Below, piece by piece: positions 26,486 through 39,800 of a DNA stretch of 64,000 bases. The stretch comes from Lama glama (lineage: Eukaryota), in contig CM052817.1 of assembly GCA_028534125.1 (NCBI GenBank), forward strand, positions 41,914,001 to 41,978,000, read 5' to 3'. The position numbers and the translations under genes were made by a program. Within the stretch, counting starts at the first letter, position 1; every line of letters begins with the position of its first letter. The notes beneath the pieces are model-generated. The model was not told where the DNA came from. It saw only the letters and a program-made list of their open reading frames with translations, and made no database searches.

Positions 26486-28662
26486 TCTCTGACCTTTAAA
26501 GCTACTGTAAAGCTAAAATGCTAGGAAAATAACTAGATAGGTAAAAATGAACATCAGGCTTGCAGGATTATTTTTAAGGAATAATTTGAGGAAAGGGTAT
26601 ATGTGAATTTTTGAAAAAAACATTCTGTAGAGTATTTCTAAAATTTAGATTACTGGACCAAAACACTGACTAATTAAATTAAGATTTATAGGACAGGATA
26701 TATGCACACTAAAATTTGGGGACAAATGAATGAAAGGGTTGATATATGAGAACTCACTTCTTTGTATGAGAACTCTTATAAGGGGTTTAAATGCCTCTGC
26801 CTGGATGCCGTTGTCTACTAAAAGCTGGAGTGTTCGTGATATGCAAGGTTCAGCAGACAGAAGCATGATCTCTTCTAATAGTTTTTATGATTTTAAAACT
26901 TTTCCTTAAATATAAATAAACAAAAGGGATTGAGTTCTCACTGCTTACTCTATAGCCCTCTGCAACAACAGGTGAGTGCATGTCAATCACATGAAACTTG
27001 CTAAGACTGCAGTTTCTATGAGACCCTACTCAGGGCTTCTGGTGACTCTCTGAAGCAGGCATTTTAATAACCTGTGCCTATTTTAGTTTCTCCTCTGTTC
27101 CAAATCCCTGCACAAACAGCAGGGGCTGCTTTAATGTAAACACTCTAAGTACCAAATGCATCATCATGGCCATCTGTTTTTACTACCATTTCTCATGGTG
27201 TCTCTGACTTCAACTGGTAACGCAAACATCATTTTCAAATTAATCATCAACAGAGTAGTGTGAATTGTTTTAAGTTAAATTAACATCTCTGAAGATGACT
27301 AATGGAAAACACCAGTGTGGACAGATGTTTTCATTTGGGGAAATGTGTTATATCCCTTCAAACAAATCCCATAATCTACCCCCACAAATTCTCCTGCTTC
27401 ACATGTAATCAAGTAAAATACAATAACTTAATTACATTATTTTTCAAACTTATTGTTATACCACACTGTTCTCATTCAGCTTGGTTTGATGGCTCTTTTA
27501 ATGTTAACAATATTAACAATAATAGCTTTAGCTCTAAAAGGCATTAAATTTCTGTCATCTAAAATAAACCATTAGATGTATTTTACAATAGCCTTTACCC
27601 AAACAGAAGCATGTTAACATAACTCAGCTAGTTCCATTAAGGATACACAAGGCCTTTACAAACCTGAGAGACCAACGGTTCTCAGAAGAAATTCTAAAAG
27701 TAATTTTATCTACTTATCTTTCCCAGAAATGACAGTAGCCAGAAAAACTAATTTGGAGTCACATGTCCTGTAATTTATTCTATTGGGTGTTCTTCTGTAT
27801 CAAGAGGAACAAGTGGGGAATGAAATGAATAGCTGAGGAATTGTTTGCCCCAACAGGAGGATGAATTGACTAAAAGATAACTACAGAGTCATGCAAAGAC
27901 TACATTGTTCCTTTAATGTCAGGATTCAGGTGACAACATACAGCTTACTATCATGACGGGTATGCACCCCCAGGTAGACGGCAGGCTTCCCTGCCCCAAG
28001 CTCGCACTAAACATCAATCACCAGGACCATGTCCCTTTAAGGTGAAGATCTACGAAGGCCTTCTAAAAGGCACCTTTACATTTTTTTCTGGTGGGTTTAT
28101 GTTTCTACCCGAGGCAATTGTTCTCGTGCCCATGAGGCACAAGTTAACAGGTAACATCCTTAGCATTTTTCTGAGTGTTTACTGCGGGACCTGGTGCAAG
28201 TCAGTTTCCTACGAACAGTTTTCCAGGTAACAGCTCAGGCTTTAGATCAGATGGGATCTAGTCTTAGTTCGCAGAGTAATTATCAGATTAACATAGTCAA
28301 TCTTAAACGAGGTTCATCTCAGTAGCATAGTTTGTTAGAGTAATGGGTTAAAAATGAGGAAGAGGCTAAATTAATCTAAGCCATCTATCACTAGAACTTT
28401 CTATCCTTCATAAAACAGTCAAAGAGGAAAGGAAATGAATGGATTATGTTGTCAAAAGATTGAAAACACTAAATCAAGCATTTAAAAAAAAGTTAGTTTA
28501 CATTTCTGTAGATCATTAACTATGTTAATTGTGTACAAGACAGAACAATATGTTTCCTTTATCATTACCAAATAACATGAAAATCATTCCTACACGGAAA
28601 AATATTAACTCAGATATTTTTAAATGAGTTCTTACAATGTCTCAGTTGCATTGCTGGACCTG

Positions 28663-29043
28663 TATTATGGGCTGAACTGTATCCTCCTAAAATTCATATG
28701 CTAAAGTCCCAAGCCCCAGTACCCCAGAATGTGACTATACTTGGAGATGGGGCCTTTAAAGAAGTAATTAAAGTCAAATATGTTATATGGGTAGACCCTA
28801 TTCTAATCGGACTGGTGTCCCTATAACAAAAGGAATTTTAGACACACAAAGAGACACCAAGGATGCTAGTGCAATGCAAGAAAGCAGCCACCTGTAAGCC
28901 AAGGAGAGAAGTTTCAGAAGAAACCAATTCTGCCAACATTTTGATCTTGGACGTCCATCCCTTAGAACTGTAGGAAAGTAAATCTCTGTTCTTTAAGCCA
29001 CCAGTCTGGTAATTTGTCATGGGAGCCCGTGCAAACTAATACA
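28663..29043 (+). mobile_element. MaLR solo LTR (MLT1B-like)
   Basis: 'tattatgggctgaactgtatcctcctaaaattcatatg...cagaatgtgactatacttggagat...gcaaactaataca'. Confidence 0.9.
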
Positions 29044-30233
29044 ACCCCCATTGACTCAACAGATACTCCCTGAGCACAATCATGGGCCAAGAGGGTGCCA
29101 GCTGCCGGGCTGGGCACAGCACCGGGACACTGCTCCCATTCTCGCCGCTCAGTGTATTATACAAACACTTTAGACAGTCGAGAAGCACAGTTACTAAAAA
29201 ATGACATAAAAACTGACAAAGCGTTTACAACGTCCCAAGAACAGTTATCGTCCCTAATCTATTTTATATTTACCTCATTTATTTTTTATTCTGATAAAAA
29301 TTAGCCAACTCATTTAGTCCAATCTTTCTAACCATTACCTTCTTCACTGCCTGTTTTCAAAGACTCTCCTTTTTTCACTCTTCATAATTCCACTAAGTCA
29401 GTGACTCACTATTCTCCCCTTCTGAATTCTACAGATGTGACTCACAAACTTTTTAATGACACATATAAAAATAAAATTTTCACAAAATTGACTATGGGAA
29501 CATCTATATGGGGCTTAGAAGAAAAAATATTACATTTTCTTTGTATTTTATGATTATAATATCAATAAAATACAAAGTATCAAGGATGATTTTAAATACC
29601 AATATAAATGAACTTTCCAAAAAAAAATTTTTTAACTTTTAATAAAAAACACGAATTTTTTCTGTGGACATAATGCTTTAGTATATGGTTTTATGTTTGA
29701 AATGATTATACACAAATCAAGATTTTTTAATTATGATCTCTTTAAATTTTTCATTATGATATCAATGATAAATTTTGTTCACACAAGTAGGTGGTAGCAG
29801 ATGAATATACATTGATTGTATTTCAACTGTTGGAAATGACTCTTACAGAATTACCAGAATTCAGTTAATTCTTCTGTTGAACTTATATTTCAGTCTTTAA
29901 AAATGTCTTCCTTCTTTTCTGTGACAAATATAACAGTGAATAATCTTGTGATGATGCTGATTTTTAACTTTCAATTATTTAAAAACAATATTTTCCTCGA
30001 GCCTACAGGGATGTTGCTTTGCTCACGTTAATGTTTTAGGAGTCAAACTTCTCTGACAGTATCAATACCTGTTAAAATAATTTAAACTCCTTGGAAGCTG
30101 AAGAAACATCAACCAAGTGCACTATTTTGAAAGCCAGTAACAATGCCTTTAAAAATACGCAAAGTAAGAGATCAGCCCCTCCTCTTTCTTACACTCCTTT
30201 CTCTCTCTACCCCCCTGCCCCCCTCTCTAACAG

Positions 30234-30262
30234 ACACACACACACACACACACACACACACA
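30234..30262. repeat. (AC)n microsatellite, about 14 units
   Basis: Direct reading. Confidence 0.95.
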
Positions 30263-32699
30263 TTTATGAGTAATTTTATAAACTCTTGTAAACTGACTAT
30301 ATTTCAATTAAAAAAATAAAAATAATTTTTTTTAATTAGGCTAAAAAAGTAATTTTATAAATTCTTGCCTAACTTTCCTTGGGGAACTAATGTACTTCAG
30401 TATGATGTAATGTTCTGATCATATTTCTTTGAATAAAGATGAAAAATGATATTTTAACAGCTTGGACTTAATTATCATTATATATTTTCATTTTTTATTA
30501 CCGATCACCATTTTTATAACATATTTTAATATAAACTAGATCTATGGACATTGACATATGTGAACATCTCTAATATTAATTAATGTATTTCTGAATTCCA
30601 GCATTTAAAAAGAACTTTTGATGTAAATTTCATATACTTTCCTGCAACTTAACATAAACTTCAGTACCCACAGATATTTTGGGGGGGGTGCTTCCCTGGT
30701 ATGTTATTGGCTTCAGGTATTTTTTAACCACTTTGAACAATTTATTCTCAGTAGTGTGATACAGAGCTTCTTTGGAACAAATAATATTCTTTCAAGCATT
30801 TGTCTTCAGGGATTCCACATGATGTGGTATTAGCAAGAATAGTTACTACTTCTGTGAAGTCACTGTGTATAATGAAAACTTTTGATGTACCAATCTTTTG
30901 AATTCATGTTGTCTCTCTCATACTTGATATGAATGTCATACTATTTACTAATAGTATTATTTGAAAAGGCAACTTCCCCTTTGTAGTATCAAACACAGTA
31001 TTAAGATTTTTTGCAGGCTGGTAAAATTAGAGGTTTGCAGTTACGTTTACTGTCTTTTTTTCGGACTTTATGGATTAATTAATTCTAAATCTAGTTTCTT
31101 GAGCTTGATTTGACACTGTTTTAAGCGATTTCATAACTTGTGCGTGCGTGTGTGTGTGCTAACATAGTTTACTTTGCCCCACTGTTCTGCTGCATATTTC
31201 TTCCCAGCAAATAAGGCACTTAGCAGAGAAACAGAGAAATTACTAGGGCAGAAAAAAAGCTGTTTCCCATTATATCCCTCCGTCAGTGACAAGGTATTCT
31301 ACCTTGTGAATCAGGAACGTTCTAGCTTTGACAAAGAAGTTGTACATTTTGGTGAAAAATTAGTATGTATAAGTATTGAACTGAATTAAAAATAAAGAAG
31401 TTAGGGAGACTGTGGGACTTTCTAGCCTCAGAAAATTAGTTTGTGTTTTCTAGATGTTGGCATTCTTAGAAATTACATAAAACAAAAATGCATTGAAAAT
31501 CTGAAAATTAAGCATATAGTTAGCAAAGCTGAAAACATTGCTAAATTATTCAATTTCATTGTAATTCTGGAAAATTTGAAAAATATAATTATCAATTATA
31601 ATCATAATTTTAAATGTTTTTAAAAGATCAATTTCTAAATCCAGTAAGACACATAATCATCTTTAATAAAATTATTAAATTACTGTTAATTATTTGTTTT
31701 TAGAAATAAACCTTTTCTACCTCTACATGAAAAAAATTATAAAATTTCATCAAAAATCAGACTTGGCTAACTGTTAACATCAATAGCCAATAAAGAAATA
31801 AGGAAAACAAGAATGAAGGTAGAGACAATTAACAAAGGAATTCTGTTTAATTTATGAATACTAATAATAAATTAGTAATAAAAATAATAATAAAATTAAG
31901 CACGAAACAGTTTCAATGTGAAAATTCAGCACAAAATAAATCTTTAAAGAACTGTAATATTTTACTTGTATTCACAAAACAAGGAACTTTACTGATAAAC
32001 ATCATGACTTAAATAATTATCAAACTGAAGTAGGAAAGTAAGTGGGAGAGTTTCCATGTGATCATGCAAACTTTGACTAAAAATCAAAGCAAAGTAGAGA
32101 AATGTAGGTGGTATATCTTGGCCCAATTGGGATATAAGACCATCTGCAAAAGGACTTTATAATTTGTGGAGTATAACAGAGAAACAGATGGATTTTCTTG
32201 TCTTGACCCTAAATCTCCAAAAAGTATATTAAGCTATTTTGCCTGATGTTTTTAATTTAGTTCTACCTCTGGGAAGACAGATGATTGGATAATCACTTGG
32301 GGCATGTTTCTGTCCCAGGATCTATAACTGCCTCATCATTGTTATATATGCAAAGCCCAGAGCACCAAGAACTCTCATCCAGAAGTATGTTTGATAACTT
32401 TCTATAATGGTTATGTCATAACTTCATTAGAATAATAAAATAAGTGCAACTTGAATTCTATGAATTACTTGAGGCTGACACTAAAGCATGTTAACTTTTG
32501 AAATTCAGTCCAGAGATATGTATTCCTCTATTATGTTCAATGTTACTAACACCTAAACACAATTGGAAAAAAAAATAGCCTAAAGTATAAATCCAATAAC
32601 CAAAAAGACACATTATTGTACTTTAAATATCTATTGAGGAATATAAAAGAATATTTAATAAATTAATAACCAAATTGCATTCTTGTATAGGATGAGTCA

Positions 32700-32915
32700 A
32701 TATAATACAGTAATGTGACCCATTTTTTAATGGGAACTGGAGCCCAGAAAACAGGTGCAAAAAGTGCTGATTTTCTGGTTGCTGCTAATACTGTAAATAA
32801 TAAGTTGTCCTTCATCTCTGACCTAGGAGTATTGTCTCCTATCAGCATCCATAAAACTATAGCAGGCTAACTTATTAGTCTGCCAGTTGGGTAAAATCCT
32901 AAAATATACAGCTCT
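32700..32915 (+). mobile_element. ERVL LTR 3' part (LTR41/LTR52-like)
   Basis: 'tctctgacctaggagt...cagcatccataaaactatagcaggctaacttattag...gggtaaaatc'. Confidence 0.6.
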
Positions 32916-33219
32916 AGAGGAATGGCAAAATAACCAGATTTTGTATAGATACACCAGCATTAGCAATGATATAATCATTTACTTCCTCTCACTATGATAC
33001 TAAATTATACCTTCAAAACATCATTCAACTTCACTTTCACCTACATGATATTCATAAATGGATAACAGTTCACTACCATGTAGGATAGTTCACTATAGTC
33101 ATTTATCTGGTTATCATAACTCTTGGCTACAAGCAATATATACACTCATATGATCTCAGGAGAAGAATGAGAATATGAAGCAGAATTTACCAGACTAACT
33201 GAAGTATAAAACAGAACTG

Positions 33220-33321
33220 TTCCAACCAACCCATAAAATCATGAGCAAGAAATAAATGCTTATTTTCATAAGCCACTGAAATTTTTATATTGTTTGTTAT
33301 ACAGCAACAGCTGACGATACC
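33220..33321 (+). mobile_element. MLT1 LTR 3' fragment
   Basis: 'aatcatgagcaagaaataaatgcttattttcataagccactgaaattttt...tttgttatacagcaacagctga'. Confidence 0.7.
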
Positions 33322-36123
33322 AGACCCACAAAATATCAATCCTTCCAATGTGATAAAAGCTTATTTCTCCCTGTGCAATATTCTCAATGGAGGCAATACA
33401 GAGCTAGTATGATAGCTCTGCCACATGAAGTTATCCAGGGACAAAAGCTCCTTCTATTTTATTGATCCACCTTTCCCTCAAAATTTTCCTTATCTCTTAT
33501 TCCAAGATAACTCACTACCTTACTCATATTCCAGAAAATGAGATAGAGGAAGGGTGACAGAAATGCATCATACTTGCCTTTTAACAACATCCCAGATTCT
33601 GTACCCACCAAGTCTCTTTACATCCTCTGGCAAGATATTAGTCATGTGGACACACCTAACTGCAAGGAAGGTTAAAAAAAAACTTACTTTATTTTTGGCA
33701 ATCCTGCACGTACCCAAAAATCAGGGGCTATACAGACACCTTGTTTTGTTGTGCTTCTCTTTATTGCACTTCACAGATACTGTGTTTTTTACAAATTGAA
33801 GGTAAGTGGCAACCCTTCATGGAGCAAGTCTATTGGCATCATTTTTCCAACAACATTTGCTCACTTCATTTCTCTGTGTCACATTCTGGTAATTCACAAA
33901 ATATTTCAATTTTTTTCATTATTATATTTGTTCTGGTGATCTGTGATTGTGGTCTTTGATGGTACTACTATGACTCTCTGAAGGCTCAGATGATGGTTAG
34001 CATTTTTTAGTAATAAAGTATTCTTTTAATTAAGGTATGTGCATTGGTTTTTTTAGACATAATGCTATTATTGCATATTTAATACTCCACAGTATAGTGT
34101 AAACATAACTTTTCTATGTATGGGGAAACAACAAAAAAAATTGTGTATCTCACTTAATTGTGATATTTGCTTTACTGTGGTGGTTGGAAACCAGACCTGC
34201 ATCTTAGAGGTATGACTGTATCTCTGTCAAAGGAGAGAATGGGAATTTGAATATAACTAGCATTATTTGCCAGTCTATTCACGTGGCAACCCAAATATCC
34301 ATCACAACCTCTCTCCTTCACATACAATACATTGATTACCTCCACAAGGGAGAGAAAACTCCAAAGTCCCATTGCAATGTTACTGTACTCAGGTGAAAAC
34401 CTCTCCTTCTGGATGTCATATAGCCCTTTCCATTCATTAATTATGGATATAGAGTCTCATAGTTTAGCAACCTACAAATTAAAACAAGTTAATTTGTCCC
34501 TATACACTCAATATTCAAGACTTGTAAAGAAAGTGAATATTGCAAACTAAACTCCCCCTACGGAGCAAAGAAGGATTGGGAAACTTACAGCAGTCACTGG
34601 GCTACGGCAATAATCAAATCCTACTAGACAGGAGTTACAGATATTCCATGAGCCAACAATGGATTAGTCTCATCTGGAAGCCCCTGATTCTGCTTTCCTT
34701 GAGGAAATGCCCATTTCTTCCAAAGCCCTTATTAGTTCCTTCTTATCTTTTGTCCTCCTTTGCCACGAATCAGGTAGGCATTACAGAGACTGCTCTGCTT
34801 GGAGACTGCAATGTTTTTGTAGCCTGTCCTTTCTTGGTCCAGATTTGGCAGCCCAGGAATTTCCTAAAGGGTTGAACAATTATAGGCTTTTGCAGGCTAT
34901 GTTGTTGTTCTGTAGCCATACAATTACCTCAAAACCTTAGCAAGCTTCTAGGCAATTTGTTTTGGATTAGTTCCATATGTAAGTAACTATAGCCAAAGAT
35001 CTAATCTCGATGAAGTCTTTAAGCCCGAAGATGCTTGTCTTTTCGTTATTACCTTGTGTGCTTTGCTTACCCTCTCTCTGGATGGAAGCTACATCCAAGC
35101 TATCTAAACCATTTTGTTTGGGTGGAAAAGCAATACTCTTAATTTGATTTTGCCTCTGGTCTGGCTCCCAAATCTGGCAGGGCGCTGAGCTTATCCTCTA
35201 CTAAGGCAGTGGCTTTGAAGCTACCAGTTATAATTGCTTTGGTTTGGAATACAGAGGGAGTTGACTTTTTCAGCCCTCAAAGGCCTCAAATTATAGGACT
35301 CTCAGTGAAATTATTTTGCTAACCTGGCACAAAGAGCTTTTCTTAACAGAACTGTATTCCTTTCCACCTCTGCTTGCAGACTGGTTAACTCTAGTTTGAG
35401 TTCATCTCTGTTATAGGATTTTGCTGGAAGAGCAAGAAGCTGCCAACACAGATGAAGATCCTGCAGCTTTCCTATAATTTCCCATAATGTGATGTATGGA
35501 CTCCATTACCATTTAATCTGTCTTCTAAAATATTATAAACAACAATTATATCAATGCTTTGCCTCAGCATATCAGAAACAACCAGCTTTTTATCTCCAAT
35601 ATCTGTGTCTCTCTTCCTGTCTCCCCAATGCTAAACATAATTCCGTCAGAGACCTAGGTTATGCCACTTCATGCATGCCATTTCTGGCACCAACTTCTGT
35701 CTTAGTTGGGATGCAGGTTTAAAATTTGTAACAAAAGTTCAAATACAGTCCATAAAAAAAATAGATGTTTACTCCTTTCACATTACAGTCCAGAAATAGT
35801 CCTCTAGGGATGCTATGGAGGAATCCAGGCTCTTTCTATCACGTAGCTCTGTCATCTCTAAGACGTTGCTTTTATCTACATGGTGCAAGATAATCTACCA
35901 CCACAAACACTTTTCAAAGCAGTAGGATGGGGAAAAGGTGGCAAAGGGTCAACTCTTCCTCCATTTAAGAAAAGTCTAGAAGCAGCACATATCACCTCCA
36001 ATGGAGCCTGGGAAATGTAGTCCTTACTCTGTAGCCACATGTCTAGCTACAAAACAAGACTCCTTCCATTATAGGAGAAAAGGATCATGGATAGCAGGGA
36101 GCAAAAAAATAGTCCTTGCTACA
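33322..36123 (-). mobile_element. Old MaLR (MLT1K/L-like) element with two LTRs and internal region
   Basis: 3' LTR ~33322-34272 (split by Tigger), internal 34273-35697, 5' LTR 35698-36123; MaLR internal/LTR junction 'ctggcaccaacttc|tgtcttagtt'; the LTRs share motifs ('aagctccttctatt' and 'aggctctttctatc'). Confidence 0.7.
33733..34218 (+). mobile_element. Internally deleted Tigger1 (Tigger1a_Art-like) DNA transposon
   Basis: TA TSD on both sides; Tigger1 5' text 'ttattgcacttcacagatactgtgttttttacaaattgaagg' joined to 3' text 'tgaaggctcagatgatggttagcattttttag...gaggtatgactg'. Confidence 0.9.
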
Positions 36124-36574
36124 ATCTTAAAACAAATGACATTATTGGGGTCTAACATGTTTGTATATTATGAACCAATATTTACAACAATAAGAACTAA
36201 GTTGACTAGCACACTATTTTAAGAAAAACTGCTCACTTAATAATATTTATAGAATATTTTACAAGGCATAACACTCAAAACATAAATTTTCTTATCAATA
36301 GATGTAAATATACAGTTTATCTTTTGCATTAAATATCTGATACATAATAGGCATTTGGTAAATAATTGTTGAATGGAAGAATGAATGAACTGACCAACAG
36401 TAAGTATTTATTGAGTCCTTCCTATCAGGCCACAACTGTGTTAGACAACAAAGATATATTAAAAAACGTATAATATATGGAAGAAATTGGCAGCATTTTA
36501 CTTCTGATACTGGCAACATGAAGCACTATACACATACAATAAAAATATAAAATAGGGAGATTTAGTACAATAAC

Positions 36575-36750
36575 CAATGGCCAATGTAATGAAACCTCCA
36601 TTAAAAACTCAAAAGGACAGGAATTGGGGTTTCCAAGTTGGTGAACACATGTAGATTGAGGAGAGTGCTGCACTTAGAGAGGCATGGAAGCTCTGAGCCC
36701 CTTCCCACATACCTTGCCCTATACATCTTGTCCATCTGGCTGTTCCTGAG
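36575..36750 (+). mobile_element. MER21-like LTR fragment
   Basis: 'gtaatgaaacctccattaaaaactcaaaaggacagg...ggcatggaagctctgagccccttcccacataccttgccctata'. Confidence 0.75.
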
Positions 36751-36851
36751 AGAAGGAAAGGAGAAAAGCTGAAAAAGAAAAAAAAAAAAAAAGGAAAAGA
36801 AGAAAAGGGGAAAAAAAGACCTACAAAAACAAATTCAAAGCAATTAACAAA

Positions 36852-39800
36852 ATGGCAATAAGAACATATATATCAATAATTATCTTAAATTTAAATGAAC
36901 TAAATGCTCCAATCAGAAGACACACACTGACTAAATGGATAAAGAACAAGACTCATATACTTTCTGCCTAAAAGAGATTCACTTCAGATCTAGAGGCACA
37001 TACAGCCTGAAAGTGAGGGGATGGAAAAAGGTATTCCATGCAAATGGAAATCAAAAGAGAGCCAGAGTAGCATTATTTATATTAGACAAAATAGACTTTA
37101 AAAAAAAGACTGTCACAAAGAAAGACACTACATAATGATCAAAGGATCAATCCAAGAAGAAGATATAAAAATTGTTAATATACATGCATTCAACATAGGA
37201 GCACCTCAATATAGAAGGCAAATGTTAATAGACATCAAAGGAGAAATCAACAGTAACACAATAAGAGTGGGGGACTTTAACACCCCAGTTACATCAATGG
37301 ACAGATTATCTAGACAGAAAATCAATAAGGAAACACAGGCCTTAAATGACAGAGTAGATCAAATGGACTTAACTGATACTTATAGAGCACTCAATGTGGA
37401 AGCAGCAGAATACACATTCTTCTCAAGTGCACATGGAACATTCTCCAGAATAGATCACATGCTTGGTCAGAAATCAAGTCTCAGTAAATTTAAGAAAACT
37501 GAAATTATATAGAAAAGCTTTTCCAACCACAACACTATGAGATTAAAAATCAACTACAAAAAAAAAATTAAAAAAAAAAACACAAACATGTAGAGTCTAA
37601 ACAATATACTACTAAACAACCAATAGATCACTGAAGAAATCAAAGAGGAAATCAAACAATACTTAGAGACAAATGAAAATGAAAACACAATGATCCAAAA
37701 CCTCTGGGACNNNNNNNNNNNNNNNNNNNNNNNNNNNNNNNNNNNNNNNNNNNNNNNNNNNNNNNNNNNNNNNNNNNNNNNNNNNNNNNNNNNNNNNNNN
37801 NNNNNNNNNNTTTCCAACCACAACACTATGAGATTAAAAATCAACTACAAAAAAAAAATTAAAAAAAAAAACGCAGACATGTAGAGTCTAAACAATATAC
37901 TACTAAACAACCAATAGATCACTGAAGAAATCAAAGAGGAAATCAAACAATACTTAGAGACAAATGAAAATGAAAACACGATGATCCAAAACCTCTGGGA
38001 CACAGCAAAAGCAGTTCTAAGAGGGACGTTTATAGCCATACAAGCTTAACTCAGGAAACAAGAACAATCTCAAATGAACAACCTAACCTTATACCTAAAG
38101 CAACGAGAGAACGAAGACCAAACAAAACCCAAAGTTAGTCGAAGGAAAGATATCATAAAGATTAGAGCAGAAATAAATGAAATAGAGAACAAAAAAAAAA
38201 GAGAGAGAGAGAGAAATCAATGAAACTACAAGTTGGTTCTTTGAAAACATAAACAAATTTGATAAAACTTTAGCCAGACTCATCAAGGGAAAAAAAAAAA
38301 AAGGAGAGGGCCCAAATGAGTAAAATTAGAAATGAAAAAGGGAGCAAGTTACAATTGACACCACAGAAATACAGATGATCATAACAGGCTACTACAAGCA
38401 ACTATGGGCCAATAAAATGGACAATGTAGACGAAATGGACAAACTCTTAGAAAAGTACTATCTCCCATGACTGCACCAGTAAGGAATAGAAAATGTCAAC
38501 AGACCAATTACCAGTAATGAAATTGAATCAGTAATTTAAAACTTCAAACAAACAAAATTCCAGTATCCCATAGCTTCACAGCTGAATATTATCAAACATT
38601 TAGAGAAGAGTTAACACCTATCTGAAACTATTCCAAAAAACTGCAGAGGATGGAACACTTCTGAACTCATTCTATGAGGCTAGCATCACTGTGATACCCA
38701 AATCAGACAAAGATATTACAAAAAAAGAAAATTATAGGCCAGCATCACTGATGAACATAGACTCAAAATTCTCAAGAAAATATTACCAAATCCACTTCAA
38801 CAATACATTAAAAAGATCATACACCATGATCAAGTGGGATTTATCCCAAGGATGCAAGAATTTTTCAATACCCACATTTCAGTGTGACACACCACATTCA
38901 CAAACTGAAGAAGAAAAATCACATGATCATTTCAATAGATGCAGAAAAGGTTTTTGATAAAATTTAACATCTATTTATGATACAAACTCTTCCAGAAAGT
39001 AGGAACAGAGGGAACATACCTCAACATAATAAAGGCCAATATGACAAATCCACAGCTCCCACCAGACTCAATGGTGAAAAGCTGGAAGCTCTTCCTCTAA
39101 GATCAGGAGCAAGATAAGGATGCCCAGTCTCACTGATTTTATTCAACATAGTTTTGGGAGTCCTATCCTCAACAATCAGAGAAGAAAAAGAAATAAATGG
39201 AATTCAAATTGGAAAAGAAGAAGTAAAGCTGTCACTGTTTGTAGATGATATAATACTATACATTGAAAATACTAAAGACATTACCAAAAAACTACTAAAG
39301 TTCATCAATGAAATTGGTAAAGTTGCAGGATACGAATCAATATTCAGAATGCATTTCTATATGATAACAATGAAAATTCTGAGAAAGAAATTAAGGAAAC
39401 AATCCTATCTACCATTGCTTCAAAAAGAATAAAACACCTAGAAATAAACCTGCCTATGAAGGCAAAAGATCTGTACTCCAAAAACTATAAGATGCTGATA
39501 AAAGAAATTGAAGATGACACAAATAGATGGAGAGATAGACTGTGTTCATGGATTGGAAGTATCAATATGTTTATAATGGCCATACTACCCAGGACAATCA
39601 ATGGCTTCAATGCAACTTCCATCAAATTACCAATGACATTTTTCACAGACCTAGAATAAAACATTTTAAAATTTGTACAGAAACACAAAAGACCCTGAAC
39701 AGTCAAAACAATCTTGTAAAAGAAGAATTAGCTGAAAGAATCATGCTCCATGGCTTTAGACTATACTACAAAGCTACAGCAATCAAAACAGTATAGTATT

